A program made the position numbers and the translations under genes. From Cenococcum geophilum (lineage: Eukaryota), in contig CP158635.1 in NCBI GenBank assembly GCA_050273025.1, forward strand, positions 32,860,001-32,924,000: 64,000 bases of DNA. Direction: 5' to 3'. This document shows, one piece after another, positions 43,350 to 55,502 of the stretch (positions within the stretch are counted from its first letter, which is position 1; every line of letters starts with the position of its first letter). The notes below the pieces were generated by a model. The model searched no databases. It was given only the letters and a program-made list of their open reading frames with translations, and was not told where the DNA came from.

Positions 43350-43774
43350 TGTTACGGATGCTTTAAGTACAATATTATAACTACTTAGGGAAGAGTTAGA
43401 AGAAGCTAGTTAGTTAATAAGAGTATAGTCTATAATGGAGCCGGTAGAACTATATAACGAGGAATAGTAGTATAAGTTATATAATATAATCTATATAATT
43501 TATATAATTTATAAGATCTATAATAGAGTAGATAGAGTATACGTATATTATGTATAAAAAGGATTTCTTAGGAGTATAGTTAAGTATTTAAGGACCCTTA
43601 GTCCCTACCTAGATAGTTCCTTCCTTATAGTAATTCTTAGAATACAATTAGAGTTAATCTATTAGGCAACCACTCTACTAGTTATTATTACGTTGTTAAC
43701 TTTAATTTGCATTACCTATATACCTAGCCTATTAACAGGACCTACCGTAGTACCTACTATAAGGTTTCGTTACA
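43350..43774 (+). repeat. 3' LTR of Gypsy element 2
   Basis: tgttacggatgc...cgttaca. Confidence 0.95.
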
Positions 43775-43779
43775 CTAAA

Positions 43780-45500
43780 TAGGAATACTAAGATTGTTAG
43801 AGATAATGCTTCGCAGTATACTTTGTCTTTAATTAACTATTAATAGGGGTTGGCAATCCTTGTCGCCCCGTATACCCGCGGGCCTTATTATCCTCGTCAC
43901 TACTACTACTATTATCGTCCCTAGAGTCGTCATCATCTATATCGCCGCTGTTATTACTTCCGTTACTATAGTTCTTGGCCTTACCTTCGTCTATAATATT
44001 CTCGCCGTCCTTATTATTATTACTTTCTTTAGCTAAGCCGTTAATAAGATCGTTAAGAATATAATTATAACTGTTATTAGCCCCATCTTATAGTCGTCCA
44101 GTATCGCGAGAAGATGTATAGTACTAGGGGGAGGGGCTAGTAGGCCGCGCAGCAAAGACCGCTCGCTCCTTAATACCATTACTGTTATTAAGGCCAAGAG
44201 TAGAAGAGCCGGAAGGCAGGGTCCTCTAAGAAGTAGATGACTTTTATTACTTCCTAGTATGGTGGTGTAGATTGGACGTCGCCTACTGTCTTGGCATTTT
44301 CCTATATTTATAGAGCCTTCGGCTTCCTTCCTTCTTCCCTCTAATATACATATCACGACCTACCAGTTACCGGAAATACACTCTTTTCTTTCTTTCTTAC
44401 TGACTGTTTTACTGACTGATTACGACTGACTGACTGACCGACCGACCGACCGACCGACAGACTGACAGACTGACGGCACTGTGACTTTACTATCTTAGAG
44501 AGGTCGTACCCTCCCACACTAGGTTGTATACTTTCGCTACTCTTACTAATAGAAGTATTGGAGATATAATTAATATTATCTAGTTACTTAATATAATTAA
44601 ACCTCCGCTTCTTTAACTTCTGGGCTCCTAAAGACTCTTAACTAGTAGTAACTAATATCCTAAGCTTCTGCCTAAACCGCGGAGCGGTTCTAATATAATG
44701 CCCCTTAGCTAAATTATTAGTTTAATTTCCGTCTAGCGTTAAAGGTATAGTACAATTGTATATAGGTGCGCGTACCTCCCCTTATAACGCTTCTAACGAA
44801 GGCAGCTCTTTATCTTCTTTATTATCCTTATTACTACCATTATTCCCATTATCTACTAATTATTAGATAAGGCTATTGTAGATTAAAGGGGGAAGTATAT
44901 ACCCAATTTATAAGGTATTGGTCGGTTATTGGCTTTACTAGCTTTATTAACTTTATCAGCTTCGTTATTAGCGTTACTAGCTTTATCGCCCTTAGCTTCT
45001 AAGTCTAGATCGGCTATATCGTCTTTAATAACTATTAGATTTACTACTAGTCGTCAAAATTATATATTTAGAACTGCTAGGGAAAGAGGGAAAGTGGTAG
45101 GGTAATTATTGGGATAATTACCTTAACTACTTCCCCTAGAGACTTGACCGTCATTTCTATCCCTATAGAAATCATCCTTATTATCCTTATTATCCTTATT
45201 ATTCTTATAATACTTATTATAAGCTTTCTTATAATTATATATAGGGTCTATAAACGCTTTATTAAATAGAATCTCTAAATTAAGGCCCTAAGTAGAATAA
45301 TATACTATTAAGTGCCTAAGCTTCTAATGCTTTTTGACTTTTTAGGGGGAAAAGAGGTACTTCCATATTTCTTTTTTTAGGTTTGCTGCTCGCGCTCTTT
45401 TTAGGGGCTGTAATTATATAGTGCTAAGATAAAGCTGTTAATCTTCTAGGGGGACTAGTGTAGAAATTGTTATTATTAAGCGAAATTTTAAGAGGGATAT
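43780..45500 (-). pseudogene. N-terminal acidic, low-complexity part of the Myb-terminated Starship gene
   Basis: ISLN...NFYTSPP start region, GSS(Q)/intron/.N(P)IVI(E)DDIADLD, (D)(E)ELPSLE. Homologous to 57290-57930 (+). Continues across the Gypsy 2 TSD into 35902. Confidence 0.7.
44351..44485. repeat. (GACT/GACC)n microsatellite within a possible short solo-LTR-like insert
   Basis: Tetranucleotide run at 44398-44474; termini tatcac...gtgac; retains CpA/TpG. No TSD. Confidence 0.5.
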
Positions 45501-47224
45501 AAAATGAAGATTAAGCTGGTGCTAATATTATTATTATTGCTAGAGTTGCTATTACTTTATAGCTTTTAAAAGCTTTAAGGGGGAATTAAAGGTCTTTTTA
45601 AGTGCATATTAGTCCTCCCTTTGCCGCTAGCTCTCGCCTATTGCCCCTTGCCCCTCGCCCCTCGTCTAGGTTTTATATTAAATTAAAGCATTTAATACGT
45701 ACGCCTCTAGTAGAGACTAGAGTAGATTACTACTTATAAAGTATAAATATTTATAAGGGCTTAAATTCCGGCGCCTAATTAACACCCTTAGTAAATTGCG
45801 GTTAAACCGTATCCGCCCGTCTAAGCTAGTATATTTAGCTCTAATACAGCCGTTATATCTAGCCCCTTATTAGGAGGTTGGTAGCGTAAATTCTCCACCC
45901 TTAGTCCTTAGTAAAGGGTAACACTGATGTGTCTATTTACTTCCTAACAATGCTAATTCAGCTAATCTTCTATGCCGCTTATATTAGTAGGAGGTAAAGC
46001 CCCGCTTATACGTGCGTATTATAAGCTATCTATAATAAAAGGAGGTAGTGTCCTTATTAGTAGCGGGCGGGGTTCTCTAATACTAACCACCTAGTGACGG
46101 ATACGCCTACCGCTTATATGGTAATTGTATATATATTTATAATATATTAGGTAAAAGACTATATAGGGATGCTCGCCCTTTTAATATAGCTGGCTGGTAT
46201 TAGAGATTCCTTTATAGTTATACCGCTGTGCCGCTAATTAATTATACGCCTAAAAGCTGCAATCTTTTAATTTTAATCTAGGTGGTTCCTATATAGCCCT
46301 ATAGCTTAAAAGCCTAAATTATTAATCCTTTACTACTCTACCGCTAAGCAGTTAGGCAAAGCTAATAGCCCCTTAGCCCTAAACTAGTAGATTAAACAGC
46401 GTCTCTAAAACATCCGTAGTAATATAACTATACTACTAGATAGGCATATATGGCCACCTCGGCGATACTCTATATAATATCTATTTAAATAATACCTAAT
46501 ACAGCCCTATATAGGGTGGTCGCTTAAATTAGCAACGTCTAGCTGCTTTTCCGCTAAGTAGCCTAGTAGGTATACTAGCCGTAATATAGGTAGCTTTAGC
46601 TATTATTAAACGCTAAAGCGGGCTGTCTAACTAATAGTATATCCTAGGTAAGAAAATAGTATATAGGTTAGCTAAAACGAGTGCGACGTAAGCTCGCTTA
46701 AGCCCTTAAGGGGGGCAATACGGCATACCTATCCCTTCCTACCTTAGAAGGAGATATATAGCAGAGTTAAATAAGACAATAGTGCTGACGCGGCTAGTAA
46801 CTGCGGAATTCCCCTAACCCCCTTCCTATGGGATAGTTGCGGACTAGCGTTATTTAGAAGGCGAAAGAAGAGAATAGAATTATAAGGATATAAACGCGCT
46901 CAGCGAACAAAGGCGGCGCTAAAAAAGCTTAATAAAAATTAAAGCCATTGGCTCTAGAGGCGGGAATTTAAAAAAAAAAGGCTAGGACTGTCTATATATT
47001 ACTATAGAATAGAAACTCACCTATTAGAAAGGCCGTAGTTAACTATATTAATTATTAGTCTAAGATATAGGGGAATAAAGGAATAAGGGGGCTGGACTTA
47101 TATACGTATAAGCGCTAAGGGGACGGCAGAAATACCTTAATACGACTATACTAGGAACTAGCAGCAAGAAGAGGAGAAGGCGTAGCGTTAGGAGAAAGGA
47201 AAGATGGAGGATGAGAGGAAAAGC

Positions 47225-47356
47225 AGCGAGAGAAATAGCCTTTTATAGTTAAGGTTAAGGGGCAGTTTTAGCTTAGCCGGGGTTAATAAGCAAGGGCGCC
47301 TTACCTATAAAGGAAGCCTCTATTTCCTAATATAGTTTTCCGCGTAATAAAATAAC
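47225..47356 (+). mobile_element. Putative 3' terminus of a Starship (element C) extending left, probably beyond the window start
   Basis: Inverted homology with 55460-55595. Sequence switches abruptly to mid-integrase Gypsy DNA at 47357. Confidence 0.6.
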
Positions 47357-47844
47357 TAATTATATAATTTATATATAATGCAATACTATAGAAAAGCATA
47401 GGTATATTACTATTTTAGGCAAACTATAGATATAAGCTTAAGATATTATTATTACTAAAATAAGTAAAGAAAATAAGTAAAATAGATAAGTAAAGAATAG
47501 AGACTCTAATAAATCTTTATAAAGATCTCTACTTTATAGGAAAACTAGTATAAGAAAAAATAGGTAAGTACTATAATATTAAAAGATCTAAGGGACTAGA
47601 TTATAAGGAGGGGGATAAGGTATAGCTATTATATAAAAATTTTATAAGTTAACGACTAAGTAAAAAGTTAGACTATATTAGACTAGGACTATTTAAAATT
47701 AAAAAAAGTTATTTAAAGTTATATATAGACTAGACTTACTAGCAAAAATAAAGATTTACCTTATATAGTATACTATAATACTAAAGCTAATATGTAGAGA
47801 CATAGAGCCGCTAGTTTACAAAGTAGATATATATAAAGGATAAG

Positions 47845-49976
47845 GGTAATGGGCTTCCTAGAATAGATTATACAATTTATTTAAGGGTTTATAGGCTAGA
47901 AAGAAATATTACTAGTCTTTAATGGTTACTAAAGCCCCCCTATTATAGTTATAATAGGAATACTATAAAGATTACCACTCTCGCCTATACTTTTTCTTTT
48001 CTTTATAAGCAACCTACTTAATATTTTTAAGGAGGGGGCGACCTAGGGAATAGGCTTTATTAATAATATAAATCTAGTTATATATGGGCCAATAGCTATA
48101 AAGAACTACAAAAAACTAGAGAAAGCCTATAATACCTATATAGAATAGGTAAGATAATATAGAGTTTAAGTCTTACTAAAGAAGTACCAGCTAATCCATT
48201 TTATAAAAAAAACGTAACTAATTTATAGACCTTTAGTATATCCCATACGCCGTCAAGGTGCTCCTTTTATTGTGGCCCGTGCGCGAACACTAAAACATTA
48301 ACATGCGTCTCTATATAGCTTCTTATCGTGATTAAACCACCATAATAGGCTGTAAACGTTCTTCTAATAATGCAGACCTTGTTTAACCTGGAGTCGTATT
48401 ATATATTAAATTTAAGCTTTATTACTATAATATTGGGTTATAATTAATTGATTAAATCTGCAACTTAATTTTGCCAAGACTTAATTAAATCTAGAGCCTC
48501 TAGTTAGGTTAGGAAAAGAAGCACCTTTCGTAACGGCGCATGGGATAATTTATATTTAAGGCTTTAAGGGTTAACTAGTTTAAGGCCTAAGGATATTAGG
48601 AGTATAGGTAAATAATAAGCTTTAGTAAAGTGTATATACATTATAAGCAGCCTATAAGGGCTAAGTATAGTATATTATAATATCTAGGATCGTTAATTCT
48701 ATATAGGGTCTATGCTTTTAGAGGTTACGCCTATTATATATAGTAGTCGTCTAGCTAACCGTAACGTATAGATCTAGTATTTAGGCCATTAAAGAAACCA
48801 AAAAAGGTCTCCCTAAATTACTCCTTAAACTACTCTAAAAGGTCTAAACGGCCTATTTTTAAAGTATAATAGGCGGGTATAAACAAACGGCTATAGTACT
48901 ACTTAAGAAGGAAGCTAATATCCCCCCCTATAACTATATATTAAAGCTACTATAATATAAAGGGCGTAAAAAGAACGTAACTTTAAGCTTATAAAGTATA
49001 TTAAGTTACGCTTAAATAAACTATAAAGAGATTTTAGGATGCCCTATAGGAGAACAAACTAATAACCCTAAAGTAGGGAAGATATATTAGAAAAATAGGT
49101 AAAAAAAGCAAAAAAAGAATAGTACTATATTAGGGCCTAGACCTATATAGAAGAGAAAGAAAGACGTATAAAAAGCTAGTAAAGATAATAGTAAGAGAGA
49201 GAAAGGAGCTAAAGTAGAGTATAAAAGAATATTAGGAAACCATCTATTATAATATAATACTGGTTAGACTAACGCTAGAGAGGTATAGAGGCTAACTTAG
49301 GCAAGAGGATTCTAAGCTATAGTATAGTTAATATTATAGGGGGTAAATACCTAAGAGCTCTAAGAAGGCCTAATAAAGGTAGAAAATATAATAGTAATAC
49401 TCTTAAGGATAGGAATAATAGGACTAAAAGACTGGCTTTACTAGGTAGGTATTTTAATAGGTAGCCTAAGGTGCAAATATAGGTGGCTAAGGTAGACACT
49501 AAAATATATAATACTACTATGCCCCCTACACACTAACTAAAAAGCAATACTTTTAGTAGCTAGTATAGAGAATTATACTATACTGCTCTTAATATAAAAA
49601 GGTTTTAAGGCGGTTACCTAATAGCTTATTAGCTAAAATGTGCTAGACTAGTTTTGGGTCGTAAAGGAAATAGTAATAAAAGGTATAGGGGCGAGCAATA
49701 GGCGCCCTCTAATAGCTCTATAGTAGTAAAGTAAAGTTTGTAATACTAGCGCGTCCATAGGCTTATTATAGCAGCAGTAGTTCCTAAAAAGGTTAAAAAG
49801 TAAGGTAGTAGAGCACTATAGGTAACTTATAGGCGCTAAGTAGGTAAGTCTTAAAAGGCGGGGAGATAGATTATAGAGTTTTCTTAAATAGAGTTTTCTC
49901 CCTATATATATATAAAGAGTAGTCCGCGTAGGCCTAATAGGGCTCTAAATTAGACATTAAGCAATAAATAAATAAT
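47845..49976 (+). mobile_element. 5'-truncated Tad-like LINE with 17-bp TSD
   Basis: TSD tatatataaaggataag at 47828-47844 and 49977-49993; RT motif GI(P)(Q)(G)(S)PLSPILFLFF (~47957); (AATA)n tail. Confidence 0.9.
48241..48545. mobile_element. 305-bp MITE / non-autonomous Tc1-mariner-type element
   Basis: TIRs tcccatacgccgt..aaggtgct / agcacctt...acggcgcatggga; TA flanks at 48239-48240 and 48546-48547. Confidence 0.9.
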
Positions 49977-51063
49977 TATATATAAAGGATAAGAAAAGAT
50001 AAATAGTAAGTTTTAAAAATTATTAATTATAAGGACATTAACAATAAAATATAGTATAAAGTTAACTAGGTAGGCTATAACGAAACTATTTAGGAACTAC
50101 TATATGACTTAAAAAACGCTATAGAAAAGGTATAGGAGTATTAAAAGAAAATAGATTAAGTAATATTAAAAAGGAGCTAAAGATAAAGAAATTAGTTAAG
50201 AGTAATAGATAAGCTAAAGTATTTAGGGGATCTACTACTAGCGTATTAGTTATTTCCACCTTAACTTAATTAGAATTCTTTTTAGCCTTTTTTAGCCTTA
50301 AGATCGGCTAAACCTTACTTAGTAAGATGTAACTTCTTTAAGCGTACCTTTTTATAACCCTTTAAAAGATAGGTTAATTAAGTATAAGTATTTATGTAAG
50401 CCTTTAGGGCCTAAGATACTTTATTAAAATAACATTAGACCTTAATAAGGGTCTTAACCAACTTATTTTTTTATTTTTTTAGCCGCTACTAATATATAAA
50501 ACCCTAAGATAAATTAAATAAGGAACTAGATAGTTATAAAGAATAATAAAACGTATATACTTAATATTAGAGACGGATTAAATATTATAAAAGGACCTTA
50601 TATTCGCTTACATATACTTAGTATATAAAGAAGGTTGGCAACTAAACGGAGCTATAATTATAATATATACTAACTTTTTCTCTATATAATAGGAATAAGA
50701 CAGTATAACTTTACTAAATATAGATAGTAGGGTTTTCCTAGTTATGTGACTGGCTTTATCTGGGTAGAAGGGTAGCGGAAAATACTTAATATATATATAA
50801 GCTAAATATCAACCTAGAACTTTAAAAGTTATATTAGTTCTTAGTTAAGCGACTAATATTTAAAGCTCTAACTAATTAACTAAATCCGTTATAGATTAGA
50901 CGAAGCTAATAATGACTTCTTAATATATATATAGAGGCTTTAGAGCCATATTTAATAAAGTAGAGTTCTTGTTCTTAATCGTCCTATTTAACACTAAATT
51001 ACACTTTTAAATATTGCTTAAGACGCAGTCGAAACTAAAACTAAAAAAGAAAACTAACAAAAT

Positions 51064-52168
51064 ATATTATCTAAAAATATTCTACTTAGCTTAGCGCAGC
51101 TTATAAACAGCGAGAAATATAGCAACTTAAAACTTATATGCCAAGGGCTAGAGTTTAAAGTCTATAAAGCAATTATATGCACCCAATCTCCTATACTTAC
51201 AGCTGCCTATAATGGAGGTTTTTAGGTAAAAGCTAACTAAATATTTAGTGGAATTAACCCTAACCAGGAACATACTAATAGGTAAGAGGCAGCAACTAAC
51301 ATTATAAATATTAACAAGTTTAATTCCGGCACCGTTAAGAGAATAATCTAATTTATATATAAGAGGGACTATAATAATAGCGAGGAGTAAGGATCTAATA
51401 TTGCAAGTATGGAAAAGCTTAGCTAAAGTAAGGGATATATTCGCACGCTAATCTAATTTATCTATACTTAAGCTTTAATCTATAGAATTAGAGGTAGTGT
51501 AACTTAATAACGCTAATACCTTATCGCCATCTAAACTAGATAGTAGTGGTGGCGATGATAAAGACATAACGATACGGCCGATAACGGCCTATATTATACT
51601 TCACCACATCTATATTAATGCAATTACCGATTATTATAATATACTATAGCTGAAAGAGCTTATAAATATAAAAATCTAACACATTTTAGGAACCGGCTAG
51701 TCTATAGATAAGTTCCCTAATATTATTAAGGATATCTTTAGCCTAATAGACGACTTAGTATTATATAATATAATTACCTTAATAGTGGCCAAGTATATTA
51801 AAAAGCTTATTAAACTTAAGGACTTCGCAGAGCTGGATATTATAAGCGATTTCGCTATTAGCATTATATAGACAACAATTACTATATCTAAGGATATAGA
51901 GGAAAATTTTATATAGAAACTTTAAGCTGTCTAATCCCAGCTATAATAAATAAAATTACTACTTTAATCCGCCGAGGTAAGGTGCGCCACGGCTAAGCGC
52001 AAAAGCGAAAATATTAATAACTGTCTTAATACTCTTTGCACAACTAGGACCTATTATAATATTAGTTATAAAGCTAAGTTTATATATTACATTAAGGAGA
52101 GTAGTTATCTATTTGACCCTAATTACCCTTATATACTTTATTATAAAAGGTGCGAGTGTTATATATAA
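51064..52168 (+). pseudogene. BTB/POZ domain protein pseudogene
   Basis: SEKYS(D)LKLICQGLEFKV(H)KAIICTQSPILTAA(C)(D)GGF(Q)/intron/EAATNIINI...TVKR.I(Q)F.Y..DY. Confidence 0.88.
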
Positions 52169-52562
52169 GTAAAGATGCATAGCTTAGGAGATCGGCTTAG
52201 GTAGGAAGTTATTATATAATACTTCTCTTCCTTTCTCTATTTGGGTTAATCTAAGAAATTTAAATGCATATCTTGTCTATAGTTGGTCTATTAGATATTA
52301 TATAGCAACTATATTATCTATCTCCTATTAGCCTTCCCTCCCCTTATTCTTTACCCTTTACCCCTTACTCCTTACCCCACCCTTTATCTTATCCTTCACC
52401 TTACCCTTACCCTCACCTTACCTATTACCCCTCGCCCCCCTAGACGAATTACAAAATCCTAGTTATTGTATCTATTCTACTAAATACTAGAATAGGATTA
52501 GATAATAACAGACTAAAATAAAATAAAAAGTAGTAAAGAATAATAAGATAAGCGCGTAATGA

Positions 52563-55072
52563 CTAGGAAAAGGTCCTATATATACTAAGCGCATAGTTTT
52601 AAAGATGCATTTTGTGCTTAAGGGTCACTTTATAAACATTATATTTAATCTCACCCTGCTATAGGAGTTTAAAGAGATAACTGCCTCGGAAATGTTTTAT
52701 AAGAGCAGCTGGAGTATAGAACTTATATATACGCTTACTAATTAGTAGCTTTTGGTTCCTAAGGCAAATAAAGTATATTTTTAGTCTTTTCTCCTTATAT
52801 AAGGATGCCTTTACCCTCTTTAGTGCTTTAGCCGCTTCTAAAATCTTAGTATCTTCTTTAATCTTAACTTAGCCAAGGGCGACATCTATCCTAAACTACC
52901 TCTGGCGATGACTTAGCCAATACACCCTACCTTCTTTAATATTGCAGTAATCTACAACCGCATTAATAGTATTATTGCGTCTACGTATCTTATCTTCTAG
53001 TAACGTGCTAGGAAGCGTTATAATCACTTTAATAAGGCGTTTGTATTTGGCTAATTTATTATTATAAGATTCTAAGGTTGCTTTAATATCCTCACTAAAT
53101 TTTTCCCTAGAAAGTTGCCGCTTAATATTAATTATAGCTTATTTATTGTCTTAATTCTTCTTAATATTTTCTAATAGCGCATTTATCTAACGTTGCCTTT
53201 TATTTGTGATTTCTCGGCTAAGTTTTTGGTATTCTATACTTCCTGCGGTTTTGCGCTTAAGGCTAAGCTTTAGCTTATTTCGAATTTCAATTAAGGTATA
53301 AATGCGCGGGTTCTTATTTACTAATAAGGATTGTTTTATTATTAGGTGCTATAGCCGCCACAGGTCAATTAATTGGCTTATTTAGTGTACCGCTTTTATT
53401 AACTTTTCTTAAGGCTCTAAGCCTTAAATAATTGCCTGTGTATTTACGCCAACACGCCGCGGAAGGTAGTGCTTTAGGAATATTTAAGCGTCGGCGTGCT
53501 GCATTATTAGGTTTTAGAGGGCGCTACTTACGTTACCTAGGTAGTATAGGCGTTAGAAAGGTTTTAGTAGAACTAGCTCTATATAATAGAACTTACTATT
53601 CTTGTTAAATGCCTTACCTACGCCGTAATAGAAACTATATAGGCGCGCAACCTGCTAAAATTCCGTAATTACGCTAAGGTCCTTAATCTAGGGCAAAAGA
53701 GTTAAGTATAGTAAAGGCTGGTCGAGTGAGACCTTATGGCCGTAGGGGGTTTTAATTAATTGCTAAAATATAGGGATATTATCTAAGTCTAAACGGAGTG
53801 GCAGTAGTAACTTATTACGCCTAGGCTTAATATATAGCTTGCTAAGCTGCTCTGCGGACGTTAGATTAGGGGGTATAAAAGCTTAATTAGTAAAGAGAAG
53901 GCCTAGGAGAAAGATATAAGGGCTAAAAATAAGTAAAGGGTCGAAGATAATCTTAGGAATTAAGAAAGTATTACTAGTTCTCTATAAGTATAAAGTAAGA
54001 GGAATAGGGTAGAAAGAGAACGTACGCTTCTTTTATGCCAAGATATTCCTTAGTAAATTCGAATATAAACTTAAGCACGATCTTATAAGGCCTGCCTTCT
54101 AGGTTATAAATAAGTATAACTATTATATATTAGTAGCATAGATTAAGAAGAGCTTTAGGTCGGCTTATAGTGTAAAAGCCTAGCTATAGTAAGAAATAGA
54201 CTTATATCTAATATTATCCAACTATATATCTCTTCCTTATTATAACTAAGTTAGTCTTAAGAACTAGGGCGAGATCCTCCACGTCTATAATAGTCTTTTC
54301 TTACTTTTTATTACTTAGACTATATTTCTTCACTAGTTTCCGAAGTACCTAAGAAAGATATCTTAGCTTTGCCTTACCTTACTAGGTTAAAGGATTAACT
54401 AGAAATGTAATCACCTTATATATCTAGCGGGTTAGTTCGCTAGCAATTTTTCTATTAGTTGCTCTCTTATATATAAGGCGATAGTACTTCTAGTATAGGC
54501 TAAGTAAGCTAGAAACCTTCGTCCCGTACTATTTCCTACTACCTTTTCCTTATTTTTAGTTTAGGGACTAGTTAAAGAAGCTATAAAGAAGCTAAAGTAA
54601 GAGCACTTGGTACGTTTTCTTAGGGTTTTTCCCTATATAGGTGTAGTATTTAGGAATTATTAGCTCTCTGCCAAGTTAGGCCTAAGAGGAAGCCGCTAAA
54701 TAGGTTATTACTTACTAATACTAGTGTTCTTTAATGCGGTCAGTAAGAGCTATAGTGGCATTGGCGTAGTCTTACGTCGTAAAATTAGATTCCTTAAACT
54801 CTTTTAACTGTTTAAGGTAATATTCTAGTAGATAGTCTTAATCCTTATAAAGCTATACTTAAGCGGGCGCTTCGGAAGCATCGTTAGATCTAGCAATGCT
54901 ATTAACGTTATAGTTAATGCTACTGTCGGTGTCGCAGTTGGCGTTACTATTGGCATTACTGTTGGCATTACTATTAAAGACGGTCGGCTCTATCTCGTAG
55001 CTGTTACCGTCGCTATCCGTACCTATATACTTATTATTAGTAATACTAAATAATAAGCTACGATTTAATAAT
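52563..55072 (-). pseudogene. Starship captain, DUF3435 tyrosine recombinase, RIP-inactivated (element A)
   Basis: N-terminal (H)(P)(P)EYYLKQL(E)EF(E)ES(D)FTT(Q)DY...DRI(E)EH(W). Core F(Q)QVAR(P)YSF(R)YG(A)GKAFN/intron/NVSSAL(Q)NLIMQHADA.IFLKHYLPRRV..(D)TQAII.GLEP at about 53410-53660. C-terminal (C)FICL(G)N...KHF...(C)NV(C)...HKMHL(Q)N(H)A...(H) zinc finger. Confidence 0.92.
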
Positions 55073-55433
55073 TAAGCGCGCTGTATTCTAGGGAGCTAAA
55101 AGAGAACTTAGGGTAGTAACGGCGAGAAGGACCTAGAGGGTAATAACGGCGGAAAGGATTTAAAGAGTAATATAGGGTTAAGGAGATGGGAGGGTAGAGA
55201 ATAAGAGAAACTAGGCCTAGATTAAATAGATTAAAGGTAGGAGCTATAGAGTATATATATCTTTAGTGCTAGGCGCGTAGAAGGATTATAGTCTGCCTAT
55301 TAAAAAGTAAGGGGCGTAGGGCAGTAAGTAAGAGGCTTAACGTTAGACCGGCAAGTAAGAGGCTTAGGGCGGCGGGGAGTTTTAATAACGTGACCTTTAA
55401 AAACAGCGATAGAACCCTCTAAAACCGGCAGTT

Positions 55434-55502
55434 AGATCTCCATTTTCTTTTTTAATAGAGTAAAAAATAAGATAAAGACCATGTATTAGGAAATGGAGGT
55501 TC
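55434..55502 (-). mobile_element. Putative head-to-tail Starship junction (3' end of element B / 5' end of element A)
   Basis: Minus-strand TTAC-tctatta-A at 55463-55452, flanked by an imperfect inverted repeat agatctccattttc (55434-55447) / ggaaatggaggttc (55489-55502) whose differences are all transitions; about 390 bp upstream of the captain. Confidence 0.55.

Larger units (their letters stand above)
35903..43774 (+). mobile_element. Full-length Ty3/Gypsy chromovirus LTR retrotransposon (element 2), RIP-inactivated
   Basis: LTRs at 35903-36312 and 43350-43774 (15-bp indel); TSD CTAAA (35898-35902, 43775-43779); PPT about 43333-43349. gag from 36358 with CCHC at about 37363-37403, protease VLIDSG (~39332), RT (~40298), RNase H, integrase, chromodomain (~42450-42600). 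Confidence 0.97.
47357..50893 (+). mobile_element. 3' relic of a Gypsy element related to element 2
   Basis: 47357-47844 aligns to about 41959-42445; 49994-50180 aligns to about 42446-42630 (chromodomain); antisense ORF homolog; possible LTR end ccgttata at about 50893 (right end uncertain). Confidence 0.85.

Noticed and set aside
44033..44356. 107-aa ORF as a membrane protein
   Set aside because: It lies inside the degraded terminal gene and is probably an off-frame reading.
52330..52440. Interstitial telomere repeat
   Set aside because: The units are ccttac/cctcac-like, not CCCTAA; low-complexity sequence between convergent genes.
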